Source: Planctomycetota bacterium (GTDB taxonomy: Bacteria; Planctomycetota; UBA1135; UBA2386). From it: a stretch of DNA of 64,000 nt. Shown piece by piece: positions 19,867 to 29,027 of the stretch. The notes under the pieces were generated by a model. It saw only the letters and a list, made by a program, of their open reading frames with translations. It searched no databases and was not told where the DNA came from. Within the stretch, counting starts at the first letter, position 1; each line of letters begins with the position of its first letter. The stretch is taken from assembly GCA_965223545.1 (NCBI GenBank), contig OZ245006.1:448001-512000 (forward strand), read 5' to 3'. The position numbers and the translations under genes are program-made.

Positions 19867-21084
19867 ATGCACGTCGTTCTGATCTCCCCCGGGTTTCCCG
19901 CCGAGATGCCGCTGTTCACCCGCGGCCTCGCCGCCGTCGGCGCCCGCGTGTTGGGGGTCGGCGACCAACCCGCCGCGGCGCTCCCCGAGGTCGCGCGGCA
20001 CGCGCTCACCGGCTACCTCCAGGTCAAGAGCTTGTGGGAGGAGGAGGCGGCGATCGCCGAGATCCATCGCTGGCTGCGCGGCCGCGAGGTCGACCGCGTC
20101 GAGTGCCTGTGGGAGCCCGGCATGTATCTCGCAGCCCGACTGCGGGAGAGCATCGGCGTGCCCGGCATGAGCGTCGAGCAGACGGTGCCGTTCCGCGACA
20201 AGGAGGTGATGAAGCAGCGCCTCGACGCGGCCGGTGTCCGCACCCCGAAACACGCCCGCGCTGCCACCGAGGCCGAGGTGCGGGAGGCAGCCGAACGGAT
20301 CGGCTTCCCGCTCATCGTCAAGCCGATCGATGGCGCCGGTTCGAAGGACACCTACCTGCTGCACGAGGCCGCCGACATCGAGCAGGTCTTGGACTTGGTA
20401 CGGCACGTCCCCGAGGTGTCGGTCGAGGAGTACATCGACGGCGAGGAGTACACCTACGACACCGTCTGCGGCGACGGCGAGATCCTGTTCGAGAACCTGT
20501 CGTGGTACCGGCCGAAGCCGATGTTCATGGCCAAGTACGGCTGGGTCAGCCCGCAGTCGATCATCTACCGCGACCTGCAACACGAAGCCGTCGCGCCGGG
20601 CCGCGCGCTCGGCCGCGACGTGCTCCGCGCTCTCGACTTCCACAGCGGCTTCACCCATATGGAGTGGTTCAAGACGCCGGCCGGCGAGCCGGTGTTCGGC
20701 GAGATCGCCGCGCGGCCTCCGGGGGCGCGCCTGGTGCACGCGATGAACTACTCCTGCGACGTCGATCTGTTTGCCGGTTGGGCAGAGGCGGTGTGCAGCG
20801 CGCGCTTCTCGCAGAGCCGAGAGCGGCCGTACAACGCCGGCATGGTGTTCAAGCGCGCGCAGGGACAGGGTCGCATCCGCCATATCGACGGGCTGGAGCG
20901 GCTGCTGGCGCGCTTTGGCGAGCACATCTGCAACATCGATCTGCCGCGCATCGGCGCTGCGGTCGTCGACTACCGCAAGGTCGTCGTCGGCGACGGCTGG
21001 CTGGTGGCGCGACACCACGACCTCGAAAAGACCATCGAAATGGCCGACGCGATCGGCGCCGAGCTGACTCTCCATGCAGGCTGA
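19867..21084 (+). CDS. ATP-grasp domain protein
   Basis: RDKEVMK, GFPLIVKP, EEYIDG, THMEWF, EIAARPPG. Confidence 0.92.
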   Translation: MHVVLISPGFPAEMPLFTRGLAAVGARVLGVGDQPAAALPEVARHALTGYLQVKSLWEEEAAIAEIHRWLRGREVDRVECLWEPGMYLAARLRESIGVPGMSVEQTVPFRDKEVMKQRLDAAGVRTPKHARAATEAEVREAAERIGFPLIVKPIDGAGSKDTYLLHEAADIEQVLDLVRHVPEVSVEEYIDGEEYTYDTVCGDGEILFENLSWYRPKPMFMAKYGWVSPQSIIYRDLQHEAVAPGRALGRDVLRALDFHSGFTHMEWFKTPAGEPVFGEIAARPPGARLVHAMNYSCDVDLFAGWAEAVCSARFSQSRERPYNAGMVFKRAQGQGRIRHIDGLERLLARFGEHICNIDLPRIGAAVVDYRKVVVGDGWLVARHHDLEKTIEMADAIGAELTLHAG

Positions 21085-22018
21085 CACTTCCGTACCGGTC
21101 GCCCTCTTGGGCCCCCAGCGCCACGCGCCCGACCTGCGCGATGCGATCGACGCGGCCGGCATCAGTGGCAAGCTCGCGGTGGTGACCGCCGGCTGGGAAG
21201 AGCGCGAAGACGAGGACCTCGAGCTGGGTCAACATCTGGGCGGTCGCGCCGTCAACCTCGGCGTATTCGCCCGCGCCGAACGCATCTACGAGCGCGACCA
21301 CGAGCTGCGCGACGCGGTCATCGCGCGCCACGAGCAGCTCGACGCGCTGCAGCGCTTGTATCGGCTGCGCCTGGCGCACGCGCTGTCGGCGGCGCGCGAG
21401 CTGCTCGCGCTGCCGGGCGACGACGCGGCGCTCGAGGCCGAGCGCGACGACGCGATCGCCGCGGTTCGCCAGCTGGACCAGCGCCACGGCGCGCGCGTGG
21501 CCGAGGTGCACGACGAGTTCGAGCAGCGCCTGCGCACCGCCGAGCGGGACCACGTGATCGCCGCCCGCGCCGAGATCGCCGAGCGAATGGCCGGCACCGA
21601 AGCGCTGTGCATCGCCGGCGGTCACGTCGGGGTGCTGCACAACCGGATGCGACTGCTGGACGTCACCGGCCTCGCCGGCCACCGCCCGGTGTTCGCCTGG
21701 TCGGCGGGGGCGATGCTGCTCACCGAGCACATCGTGCTGTTCCACGACAGCCCGCCGCAGGGCGCCGGAGACGCCGAGGTGCTCACCGCGGGCTTCGGCA
21801 CGGCTCCCGGTGTCGTCGTCCTGCCACACGCACGCCACCGGCTGCGCGTCGAGGACCGCACCCGCGTCGCGTTGATGGCACGCCGGTTCGCGCCCGCCCT
21901 GTGCGTCGCGTTCGACGGCGGCGCGCGCCTGCAGCGCAGCGGCGATGGATGGCGGGCATCCACGGGAACCCGCCGACTGTGCGCCGACGGCACCCTGACC
22001 GAGGTCGAGGCCGCGTGA
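21074..22018 (+). CDS. Class I glutamine-amidotransferase-like Ser hydrolase (peptidase E/cyanophycinase, S51-like)
   Basis: CIAGGHVG, nucleophile elbow AWSAGAM, VLPH; overlaps the upstream stop. Confidence 0.75.
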   Translation: MQADTSVPVALLGPQRHAPDLRDAIDAAGISGKLAVVTAGWEEREDEDLELGQHLGGRAVNLGVFARAERIYERDHELRDAVIARHEQLDALQRLYRLRLAHALSAARELLALPGDDAALEAERDDAIAAVRQLDQRHGARVAEVHDEFEQRLRTAERDHVIAARAEIAERMAGTEALCIAGGHVGVLHNRMRLLDVTGLAGHRPVFAWSAGAMLLTEHIVLFHDSPPQGAGDAEVLTAGFGTAPGVVVLPHARHRLRVEDRTRVALMARRFAPALCVAFDGGARLQRSGDGWRASTGTRRLCADGTLTEVEAA

Positions 22019-23151
22019 TGCTGGCGATCCACGCCCTGGAGCAGAACGGCAGCGCCTCCCGCGAAGCCGTCGACGCGTTTCTCGCCGATCACCAGTTCCC
22101 GCTGGTCGAGGGCCGCCAGGCGACCTTCGTCTACCGCGGCGAAGCAGACGCGGTCTACCTGCAGCACTGGATCTACGGCTTGCCGCAGGAGCAGCCGTTC
22201 CAACGGCTGGCGGGCTCCGACCTCTGGTTCCACGTCATGGAGCTGCCCGAGCGCTCTCGCGTGGAGTACAAGCTGCGGGTCGAACGCGGGCCCCACCGCC
22301 AGCTGGTGCAGGACGCCCTCAATCCGCACCACGCCCGCGATCCGTACGGCGCCAACTCGGTGGTGCACGGCGCCGGCTACGAGATCCCGGACTGGGTCGA
22401 GCCGGCCGGCGATGTCCGCGAGGGCACGATCGAGCAGCGCCGCTTGATGAGCCGCGCGCTGGGCGAGGCCAGGCCGGTATCGGTCTACTTGCCGGCCCGC
22501 TTCCGGCAGACGCGGCACTACCCGCTGTTGGTAGTGCACGACGGCGACGACTTCCTGCGCTTCACCGGGTTGAAGACCGTGCTCGACAACCTGATCCATC
22601 GGCTGGAGATCCCGCCGATGGTGGTCGCCCTCACCCAATCCTCCAACCGACTGCACGAGTACGCGGCCGACGACCGGCATGCGGCGTTCTTGGTCGAGGA
22701 CCTGGTGCCGACGCTCGAAGAGCACTACCCGCTGCAGGCCCATCCCGCCGGGCGCGGGCTGCTCGGCGCCAGTTTCGGCGCGGTGGCTTCGCTGCACGCG
22801 GCGTGGCGCCACCAGGGCTTCTTCGGCAACCTGTTGCTGCAATCCGGCTCGTTCGCGTTCACCGACATCGGCGAGCACGACCGCGGCCCTGTGTTCGATC
22901 CGGTCGTCCGCTGGGTCAACGAGTTTCGCGAGAGCCCCGGCCGGCCCGCCGACCAGGCCTACCTGAGCTGCGGCACCTACGAGTCGCTGATCTACTACAA
23001 CCGCTCGCTGCTCCCCGTGCTGCAGGACACCGGAATGAACGTGCGCTACAACGAGTCGCGCGACGGGCACAACTGGGAGAACTGGCGCGATCGACTGCGA
23101 GAGGGGCTCTCGTGGTTGTTCCCCGGACCGCTTTGGATGGTCTACGAGTAG
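22018..23151 (+). CDS. Esterase (Fes/enterochelin-esterase-like alpha/beta hydrolase) with N-terminal CBM48/E-set-like domain
   Basis: TGATG coupling; N-terminal TFVYRG...EYKL...DALNP; GASFG nucleophile motif; GHNWENW. Confidence 0.85.
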   Translation: MLAIHALEQNGSASREAVDAFLADHQFPLVEGRQATFVYRGEADAVYLQHWIYGLPQEQPFQRLAGSDLWFHVMELPERSRVEYKLRVERGPHRQLVQDALNPHHARDPYGANSVVHGAGYEIPDWVEPAGDVREGTIEQRRLMSRALGEARPVSVYLPARFRQTRHYPLLVVHDGDDFLRFTGLKTVLDNLIHRLEIPPMVVALTQSSNRLHEYAADDRHAAFLVEDLVPTLEEHYPLQAHPAGRGLLGASFGAVASLHAAWRHQGFFGNLLLQSGSFAFTDIGEHDRGPVFDPVVRWVNEFRESPGRPADQAYLSCGTYESLIYYNRSLLPVLQDTGMNVRYNESRDGHNWENWRDRLREGLSWLFPGPLWMVYE

Positions 23152-23163
23152 AGGAGTCGCATC

Positions 23164-24402
23164 GTGGCCACCGTCACCCGCAGGATCGGACTGTCGCTGG
23201 GGGCCGACATCTGTTGGCCCATCTGCTACGAGGACATCGTCTCGGAGCTCGACCTGTCGCTGCCGATCGGCGGCGACACCGTGCGCTTCGAGGTCGAGCG
23301 CGTGCACATCGAGCCGTTCAGCTTGAGCGCACCGGCGCGCTACGACGTGGTTCTCGACCGCCTCACGCACTGGTACCACACCAGCCGCGAGTGGATCAAG
23401 AAGGCGGTGATCATGGACGACGTCTACGTCCTCAACAATCCGTGGTCGGTGCAGTCGATGGAGAAGCAAACCAGCTACTGCGCGATGATGCGGCTGGGCT
23501 TGCCGATCCCCGCCACTTGGCTGGTGCCGCCCAAGGAGTACGACGAGCGCCCCGACCTCAAGGCGACGCTGGACAGCTACGCGGTGCTGTTCGATCTCGA
23601 CCGGATCGGCGAGTCCGTCGGCTACCCGCTGTTCATGAAGCCCTACGACGGCGGCGGCTGGGTCGGCGTCAACAAGATCGATGACGCCGAAGAGCTGGCC
23701 CAACGCTACGACGAGAGCGGCAAGTTCGTCATGCACTTGCAGGCGGGAGTCGTGCCGTTCGAGCGCTTCGTCCGCTGCATCGGTCTGGGGCCTCAGGTCA
23801 AGATCGTCGACTACGACCCCTCCGCCGCGCTGCACGAGCGCTATCGAGCCGAGCTCGACCCGGTCGACGGCGAGGACCGCGCCGTGTTGGAGGACATGGT
23901 GCTGACCATCAACGCGTTCTTCGGCTGGGACTTCAACTCGTGCGAGTCCCTGCTGCGCGATGGCGTCTGGCATCCGATCGACTTCGCCAACCCGTGCCCG
24001 GACAGCCAGGTCAACTCGCTGCACATTCACTTCCCCTGGGTGGTCCTCGCCAACATCCGCTGGTCGCTGTTCTGCGCGGCCACCAAGCGGCCCATGCGGC
24101 AGAACCTGGACTGGCAGCCGTTCTACGACATCGCCGCCAAGGGGCTGCCCTATCGCGAGGCGTTGGCGGAGTACGCGGCGGTCGCGCGCCAGCGCTTCGA
24201 CGCCGATCGGTTCGCCGAGTTCTGCGCCGAGCACCTCTCCGACCTCGACCGCGTGGCGCACCAGTACTTCGGCGACGACCGCGCGCGCCAAGCGGTGGCG
24301 AAGAAGGTCGCCGCGGTGTTCCCCGAGCACGAGTGGGACGAGTACACCGAGCGCTTCTGGCAGTCGATCCAGCAGTGGCGGCGCACCGTCGCCGATTCCT
24401 GA
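23164..24402 (+). CDS. ATP-grasp ligase (RimK/glutathione-synthetase-like, a different subfamily from the other three)
   Basis: RBS GAGGAG; VLNNP, GYPLFMKPYDGGGW, IDFANPCPD. Confidence 0.88.
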   Translation: MATVTRRIGLSLGADICWPICYEDIVSELDLSLPIGGDTVRFEVERVHIEPFSLSAPARYDVVLDRLTHWYHTSREWIKKAVIMDDVYVLNNPWSVQSMEKQTSYCAMMRLGLPIPATWLVPPKEYDERPDLKATLDSYAVLFDLDRIGESVGYPLFMKPYDGGGWVGVNKIDDAEELAQRYDESGKFVMHLQAGVVPFERFVRCIGLGPQVKIVDYDPSAALHERYRAELDPVDGEDRAVLEDMVLTINAFFGWDFNSCESLLRDGVWHPIDFANPCPDSQVNSLHIHFPWVVLANIRWSLFCAATKRPMRQNLDWQPFYDIAAKGLPYREALAEYAAVARQRFDADRFAEFCAEHLSDLDRVAHQYFGDDRARQAVAKKVAAVFPEHEWDEYTERFWQSIQQWRRTVADS

Positions 24403-24427
24403 CCACGATCCCCGCACGCTTCACCCA

Positions 24428-25195
24428 ATGTCCAAGCAGTCCTCCACCTGGCACTCACCGCGCCTCAACCGCGAAATCCAGCTGGTGCGCTGGGGTGAGG
24501 TCGGCACGCCGGTGCTGATCTTCCCCACCGCCGGTGGAGATGCCGAGGAATGCGAGCGCATGCACATGATCGACGCGCTCGGCGACCTGCTCGCCGAGGG
24601 TCTGATCAAGGCCTACTCGGTGGACAGCATCGCCGGCCGCTCGTGGCTCGACGAAGACAACTCGACCGCTGGCGGGGCGCGCATGCAGGAGCGCTTCGAT
24701 GCGTGCATCTATCACGAGGTCCTGCCCGCGATTCGCCTGGACTGCAACGCCGACGACATCGAGGTCATCGCCACCGGAGCCTCGATCGGCGCCTACAACG
24801 CGCTGGCTGGGGCGACGCGGCATCCGGACGTGTTTCGCGGCGCGATCTGCATGAGCGGCACCTACACGCTGCAGAAGTTTCTCGACGGCCCGCTCACCGA
24901 CGCACTGCACGCGGTCTCGCCGCTGCACTTCGTGCCGGAGCTCGCCGAGGACAGCGATCAGCTGGCGCTGCTGCGCCAGCGGTGGTTCACCCTCGCGCAC
25001 GGCGAGGGGCGCTACGAGGAGCCGGCGCAGTCCTGGGCCGTCGCCAACGCGCTGGGCAACCGCGGCATCCCCAATCGCGTCGAGCCCTGGGGCGAAGACT
25101 GGCACCACGACTGGGTCACCTGGCGCGCCATGCTGCCGACCTTCCTCCGCGAGTTCCCCCTGTCGGCGGACACGCCGGACGCGAACGAGTCGTAG
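24428..25195 (+). CDS. Esterase family alpha/beta hydrolase
   Basis: ATG at 24428; WHSPRL...WGEVGTPVLIFPT; GASIG; MSGTY; HHDW. Confidence 0.88.
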   Translation: MSKQSSTWHSPRLNREIQLVRWGEVGTPVLIFPTAGGDAEECERMHMIDALGDLLAEGLIKAYSVDSIAGRSWLDEDNSTAGGARMQERFDACIYHEVLPAIRLDCNADDIEVIATGASIGAYNALAGATRHPDVFRGAICMSGTYTLQKFLDGPLTDALHAVSPLHFVPELAEDSDQLALLRQRWFTLAHGEGRYEEPAQSWAVANALGNRGIPNRVEPWGEDWHHDWVTWRAMLPTFLREFPLSADTPDANES

Positions 25196-25226
25196 CGACG
25201 CGCCGGCGGCGCGCTATGCTGCCGCG

Positions 25227-25574
25227 ATGGCCGCCAAGATCTCCTGGTACTACCACCGCAAGGGTTGAACGAGCTGCGGCCGCGCCGACGATTACCTCGC
25301 CGAGCGCGGCATCACCACCGGGACGGTGGTGAACGCAGCCAAAGAGCACATCTCGCCCGATGAGGCCGTCGAGCTCGTCCGCGAGCACCGCAAGCTCATC
25401 GTCGCCAAGGGCAAGAAGGTCCTGCACTTCGACGTCGCCGCCGAGGAAGAGGACACCGCCATCCTCAAGGCGATCATCGGCCCCTCGGGCCGCCTGCGCG
25501 CGCCGACGTTCAAGCGCGGCAAGACGCTCGTCGTCGGCTTCCACGCCGACGCCTACGACGAAGTTCTCGGCTGA
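25227..25574 (+). CDS. ArsC/Spx-like thioredoxin-fold selenoprotein (UxxC), 115 aa
   Basis: ATG at 25227 gives MAAKISWYYHRKG-TGA(25266-25268)-TSC, in frame with the ORF-track fragment ending LRAPTFKRGKTLVVGF. Confidence 0.88.
25279..25310 (+). promoter_or_regulatory. Putative bacterial SECIS hairpin of the ArsC-like gene
   Basis: GCCGCGC (starting 10 nt after the UGA) pairs with GCGCGGC, enclosing CGA...TCG and a short loop. Confidence 0.55.
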
Positions 25575-25658
25575 TCGGGCGGCACGTCCCCTCGACGATT
25601 ACTCACGCCAAAGCCGCGCTGGGTGCCAAGAACATCGTGGAGCTGAACGCCATTGCGC

Positions 25659-27311
25659 TCAGGGGTCGACCACTTGCACTTTGGCGTGGGTCACCTTGAA
25701 TCCAAGCCGGCGCAACGCACGGCAAGTCTTGCGCAAGTTTACCTTGCTGAAGAACGGCATGTCTCGGACTTGCCTTGCCCCCCACTCAGCAACGATCGCG
25801 AATACGACTTCGAAGTCGTTTGCGGCGAGATCATCGGAAAACAGGGCTCGGAACGCGGCGTTGGAGCTGCCAATCTTCTTTCTGACCGCCTTGCGGAACT
25901 CCAGGGAATCGACCATCAACTCCGAAGACACGTAGCCTTGAGAGAACAGGTGACTCAAGGATGAGGACGAGAGCTTGCGCTTGACGTGCACGAGAGCGCC
26001 TTGCACCGACAAGACATCGCAGATCTCGACGGGACTGGTCTTCCCGGGGATCGTCACGGTTTCCTTGTCGAGCAGCAGGTAGTCATCGCTCGAGTCAGCT
26101 GCCTGCGTGTTGTAGGCCCCCTCGTCAATCTCTTTGAGCTTCCCGTTCTTCATGACCCGCGCCGAATCGGGAAGAGCTACGCCCGAAGCAGCGATGCCGT
26201 CCATGAACTTGTCAAGAGCTTCGAGGTAGTCAGGCTCGATCACGAAGAACTCACCTCCCTCGAGAAGGTAGGTTTCTCCGTCGTGCTCGATCTCACCGTC
26301 TAGCACCTGTTGCAGTGACCAACTACCGACAACGTCGCCACTATCGTCACGACCCTGAATCTCGCCACGTGCAAGAATGTCTCGCGTGAGTTCGAGCCCC
26401 TCGTCGGCCAGTGCACTGAGGATCTCATCGATCGTGGGCTCTGAAGTCGCGAAGGACTCGACTCCAGGCAGCTGCACGCGGTAATCGGTGACCCTGTCGA
26501 AGTCGATCAGTCCTGGCGGTGCGAACCGCCACTGCCCCGGGTTGCCCTCGATGTCCTGCAGGATTCCGTCCGTAAGAGCATCCACCTGCGACGAACTAGT
26601 GATCGGTCGTATGTCATCGACGAACCCGAAGCGACGCTGATAGTCCTTCTTCTCGTGTGCGCTCGCGAGCAGTCGACACAGCTTGCCAACCTCGACAAAC
26701 GTCGAGCGGCGCATGATTCGGAGACTGCCGCCACCCTTGATCTGGCTCCCAAGAGCACTCTCGTCCGCCAGCTTCCCCACAATCGAACTCAACTGATCCG
26801 CCTCGGTGTCGTGACCAAAGGCGTCGAAGTCGGCACCGCGGTTGGCCTGTCGAAGCGTGCGAAAAGTGTTCGCCGCCACAGTCCGAGTCTCCACTTGCCG
26901 AACTCGGTCATTGGAGTCAGCGTCCGCGTAGATGCTGTTCAAGGCAGTTCGCAGAGCCCAACTCGAGTCCGTTGCTCCTCGCCGCAGTTGGAATCGGCCA
27001 GCTCCGAACGTCATCACGAAGAAGCGCTCCTTGCGGAAGAAGACGTTGATCGCGACCAAGGCTCGACTCTGAGCCGTATCTGGCACCGTCAGGTTGTCGC
27101 CGAAGCCATCCTGCAGGAACGCAAGCCACGACGGCGGACGTGCTACACCCGGCCAGAGATAGAGACGCGCTGACCAGTCCCTGCCGTCTTCATCGACTCC
27201 CTCGAAATCCACCATGTTTGCCGTGAGGATCTTCGTGGGATCAACGAGATCGTCAAAAGCCGCCACAGAGTCATTTGCCGCGTAAAGAGTAATCGCGCTG
27301 ATGTCGGACAT
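25659..27311 (-). CDS. TIGR04141/DUF6119-like sporadically distributed protein, lower GC
   Basis: 550 aa; PPSWLAFL, TFGAGR, EGAYN, VEICDVLS...LVHVKR...LSHLFSQG, PFFSKVNL; composition visibly less GC-rich than its neighbours; RBS GGAG. Confidence 0.8.
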   Translation of the reverse strand: MSDISAITLYAANDSVAAFDDLVDPTKILTANMVDFEGVDEDGRDWSARLYLWPGVARPPSWLAFLQDGFGDNLTVPDTAQSRALVAINVFFRKERFFVMTFGAGRFQLRRGATDSSWALRTALNSIYADADSNDRVRQVETRTVAANTFRTLRQANRGADFDAFGHDTEADQLSSIVGKLADESALGSQIKGGGSLRIMRRSTFVEVGKLCRLLASAHEKKDYQRRFGFVDDIRPITSSSQVDALTDGILQDIEGNPGQWRFAPPGLIDFDRVTDYRVQLPGVESFATSEPTIDEILSALADEGLELTRDILARGEIQGRDDSGDVVGSWSLQQVLDGEIEHDGETYLLEGGEFFVIEPDYLEALDKFMDGIAASGVALPDSARVMKNGKLKEIDEGAYNTQAADSSDDYLLLDKETVTIPGKTSPVEICDVLSVQGALVHVKRKLSSSSLSHLFSQGYVSSELMVDSLEFRKAVRKKIGSSNAAFRALFSDDLAANDFEVVFAIVAEWGARQVRDMPFFSKVNLRKTCRALRRLGFKVTHAKVQVVDP

Positions 27312-27357
27312 GGTTTCTCCTAACGGGCGAGTCTAACGTATGTGTCGGCTCGGCCGC

Positions 27358-28236
27358 TCATTTCGCGCCAAACAGCTCGAACGGCGCATCGCCCCCGGCG
27401 AACAGCAAGTCGGCGGCAGCGGCGACGTCCCGGGCAGTGTAGCCCGGGCGCACCGCGAGCTCCTCGCCGAGGACCAGACGCACCTCGGCGATCCGACCAC
27501 CACCGACCAGCAGCGCGCGACCCGTGCGCCCGGCCGAGAGGTCGCTGACCATGTAGACCAGGGCCGGCGACACCATCTCGGGAGCGAAGCGGCGGCGCAC
27601 GGCGGCGTCCTGCATCGGCGGCAAGTCCTCGCTCATCCGCGTCGTCGCCAGCGGCACCAGCGCCCACGCGCGGATGTCGTGCTTGGCGCCTTCCAACGCC
27701 AGACTCTTGACGAGCCCGTACAGGCCGGCCTTGGCCGCCCCGTACGCGGTCTGGCCGAAGTTGCCGAACAGGCCGGAGGTCGAGCTGGTGTGCACGATCA
27801 CCGCGCCACAGCCGCGCGCGCGCGCGTGCCGGACGAACGGTCCGCTGACGTTGAAGCCCCCCTCGAGATGGACCGCGAGCACTGCATTCCGGTCGGCCTC
27901 GTCGAGCTTGTGCAAAGTCCGATCGCGCAGGATGCCCGCGTTGTGCACGAGGATGTCCGCGGCACCGAACGCGGCCACGGCGGCGCCGACGATCGCCTCG
28001 CCGCCGTCCACCGAGGCGACCGAGTCACTGTTGGCGACCGCGCGACCGCCGCGCGCCTCGATCGCGGCGACCACCGCCCGCGCCGGCCCATCGTCGCGGC
28101 CGCGGCCGCTGCGATCACCGCCGACGTCGTTGACCACCACCGCAGCCCCCTCGCCGGCCAGCGCCAGTGCATGCGCGCGCCCCAGACCCCCGCCGGCCCC
28201 GGTGACCACCGCGACCTTGCCGTCGAGCAGACCCAT
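27358..28236 (-). CDS. Short-chain dehydrogenase/reductase (MFE-2/HSD4-like)
   Basis: TGAGGGLG, VVVND, HNAGILRD, GNFGQTAYGAAK. Confidence 0.93.
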   Translation of the reverse strand: MGLLDGKVAVVTGAGGGLGRAHALALAGEGAAVVVNDVGGDRSGRGRDDGPARAVVAAIEARGGRAVANSDSVASVDGGEAIVGAAVAAFGAADILVHNAGILRDRTLHKLDEADRNAVLAVHLEGGFNVSGPFVRHARARGCGAVIVHTSSTSGLFGNFGQTAYGAAKAGLYGLVKSLALEGAKHDIRAWALVPLATTRMSEDLPPMQDAAVRRRFAPEMVSPALVYMVSDLSAGRTGRALLVGGGRIAEVRLVLGEELAVRPGYTARDVAAAADLLFAGGDAPFELFGAK

Positions 28237-28283
28237 ACCGACACGTTAGCGCGCAAAGGCGGCACCGCTACACTGGGCGCCGC

Positions 28284-28973
28284 TTGCCATTGCACGTTCC
28301 CCAAGCTCCCGACCTGTCGATTTCGCCGTTCGGCGCCGACGTGGTCTACTGCGTGCGCACCGCGGCGCAACCCCTTGACTACGAGCTGCACCCGGCCGAA
28401 GCCGAGCTGCTCACGCCGCGCGCCGTCGACAAACGGCGCCTCGAGTTTCGCCTCGGCCGCGCCGCGGCGCACCACGCGCTGCGTGCCCTGCTGGGCACCA
28501 CGCCGGGGCCGGTGGGTCGCGGCGCGTCGCGCGAGCCGCTCTGGCCGCCCGACACGGTGGGTGCGATCACGCACACCGCCGACACCGCCGCCGCCGCGGT
28601 CGCGCATGAGCGCCACCACGCCGGCATCGGCCTCGATCTCGAGGAGCGCAGCCGTCACCTCGGCGACGAGCTCGTGCCGCACATCTGCACCGAATCCGAA
28701 ACGCGCTGGGTCGGCACCGACGACGATGCCGCGCTGCGGCTGATGCTCCTGTTCTCGGCGAAGGAATCGGTGTTCAAGCTGTTCTACCCCAGAGAACAGG
28801 TCTTCCTGGGGTTTCACGACGCCGAGCTGCGCTGGCGCGACGACGCGCAGGCGTTCGACGCCCGCCTGCGCACCGCCGCGGGCGCCGCCTACCCCGCGGG
28901 CACCACCGTCAGGGTCGGCTGCCGCGTCAACGACGCGCACGTCATGACCTGGGCGGCCCTGCCGGGCAAGTGA
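28284..28973 (+). CDS. 4'-phosphopantetheinyl transferase (EntD/Sfp-type)
   Basis: RRLEFRLGR, PLWP...GAITH, GLDLE, FSAKESVFK. Confidence 0.92.
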   Translation: MPLHVPQAPDLSISPFGADVVYCVRTAAQPLDYELHPAEAELLTPRAVDKRRLEFRLGRAAAHHALRALLGTTPGPVGRGASREPLWPPDTVGAITHTADTAAAAVAHERHHAGIGLDLEERSRHLGDELVPHICTESETRWVGTDDDAALRLMLLFSAKESVFKLFYPREQVFLGFHDAELRWRDDAQAFDARLRTAAGAAYPAGTTVRVGCRVNDAHVMTWAALPGK

Positions 28974-29027
28974 TCACCCGGCGGCTGCGGGTCCTCGCGC
29001 GGCGAAACCGTATGCTGCGCGCCTGCG

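Noticed and set aside
25575..25658. Attachment site or gene remnant at the left edge of the lower-GC gene
   Set aside because: I found no matching direct or inverted repeat at the right edge and no recognisable protein motif.
27358..28973. SDR plus PPTase as part of a PKS/NRPS cluster
   Set aside because: No carrier protein, ketosynthase or adenylation domain in the window.
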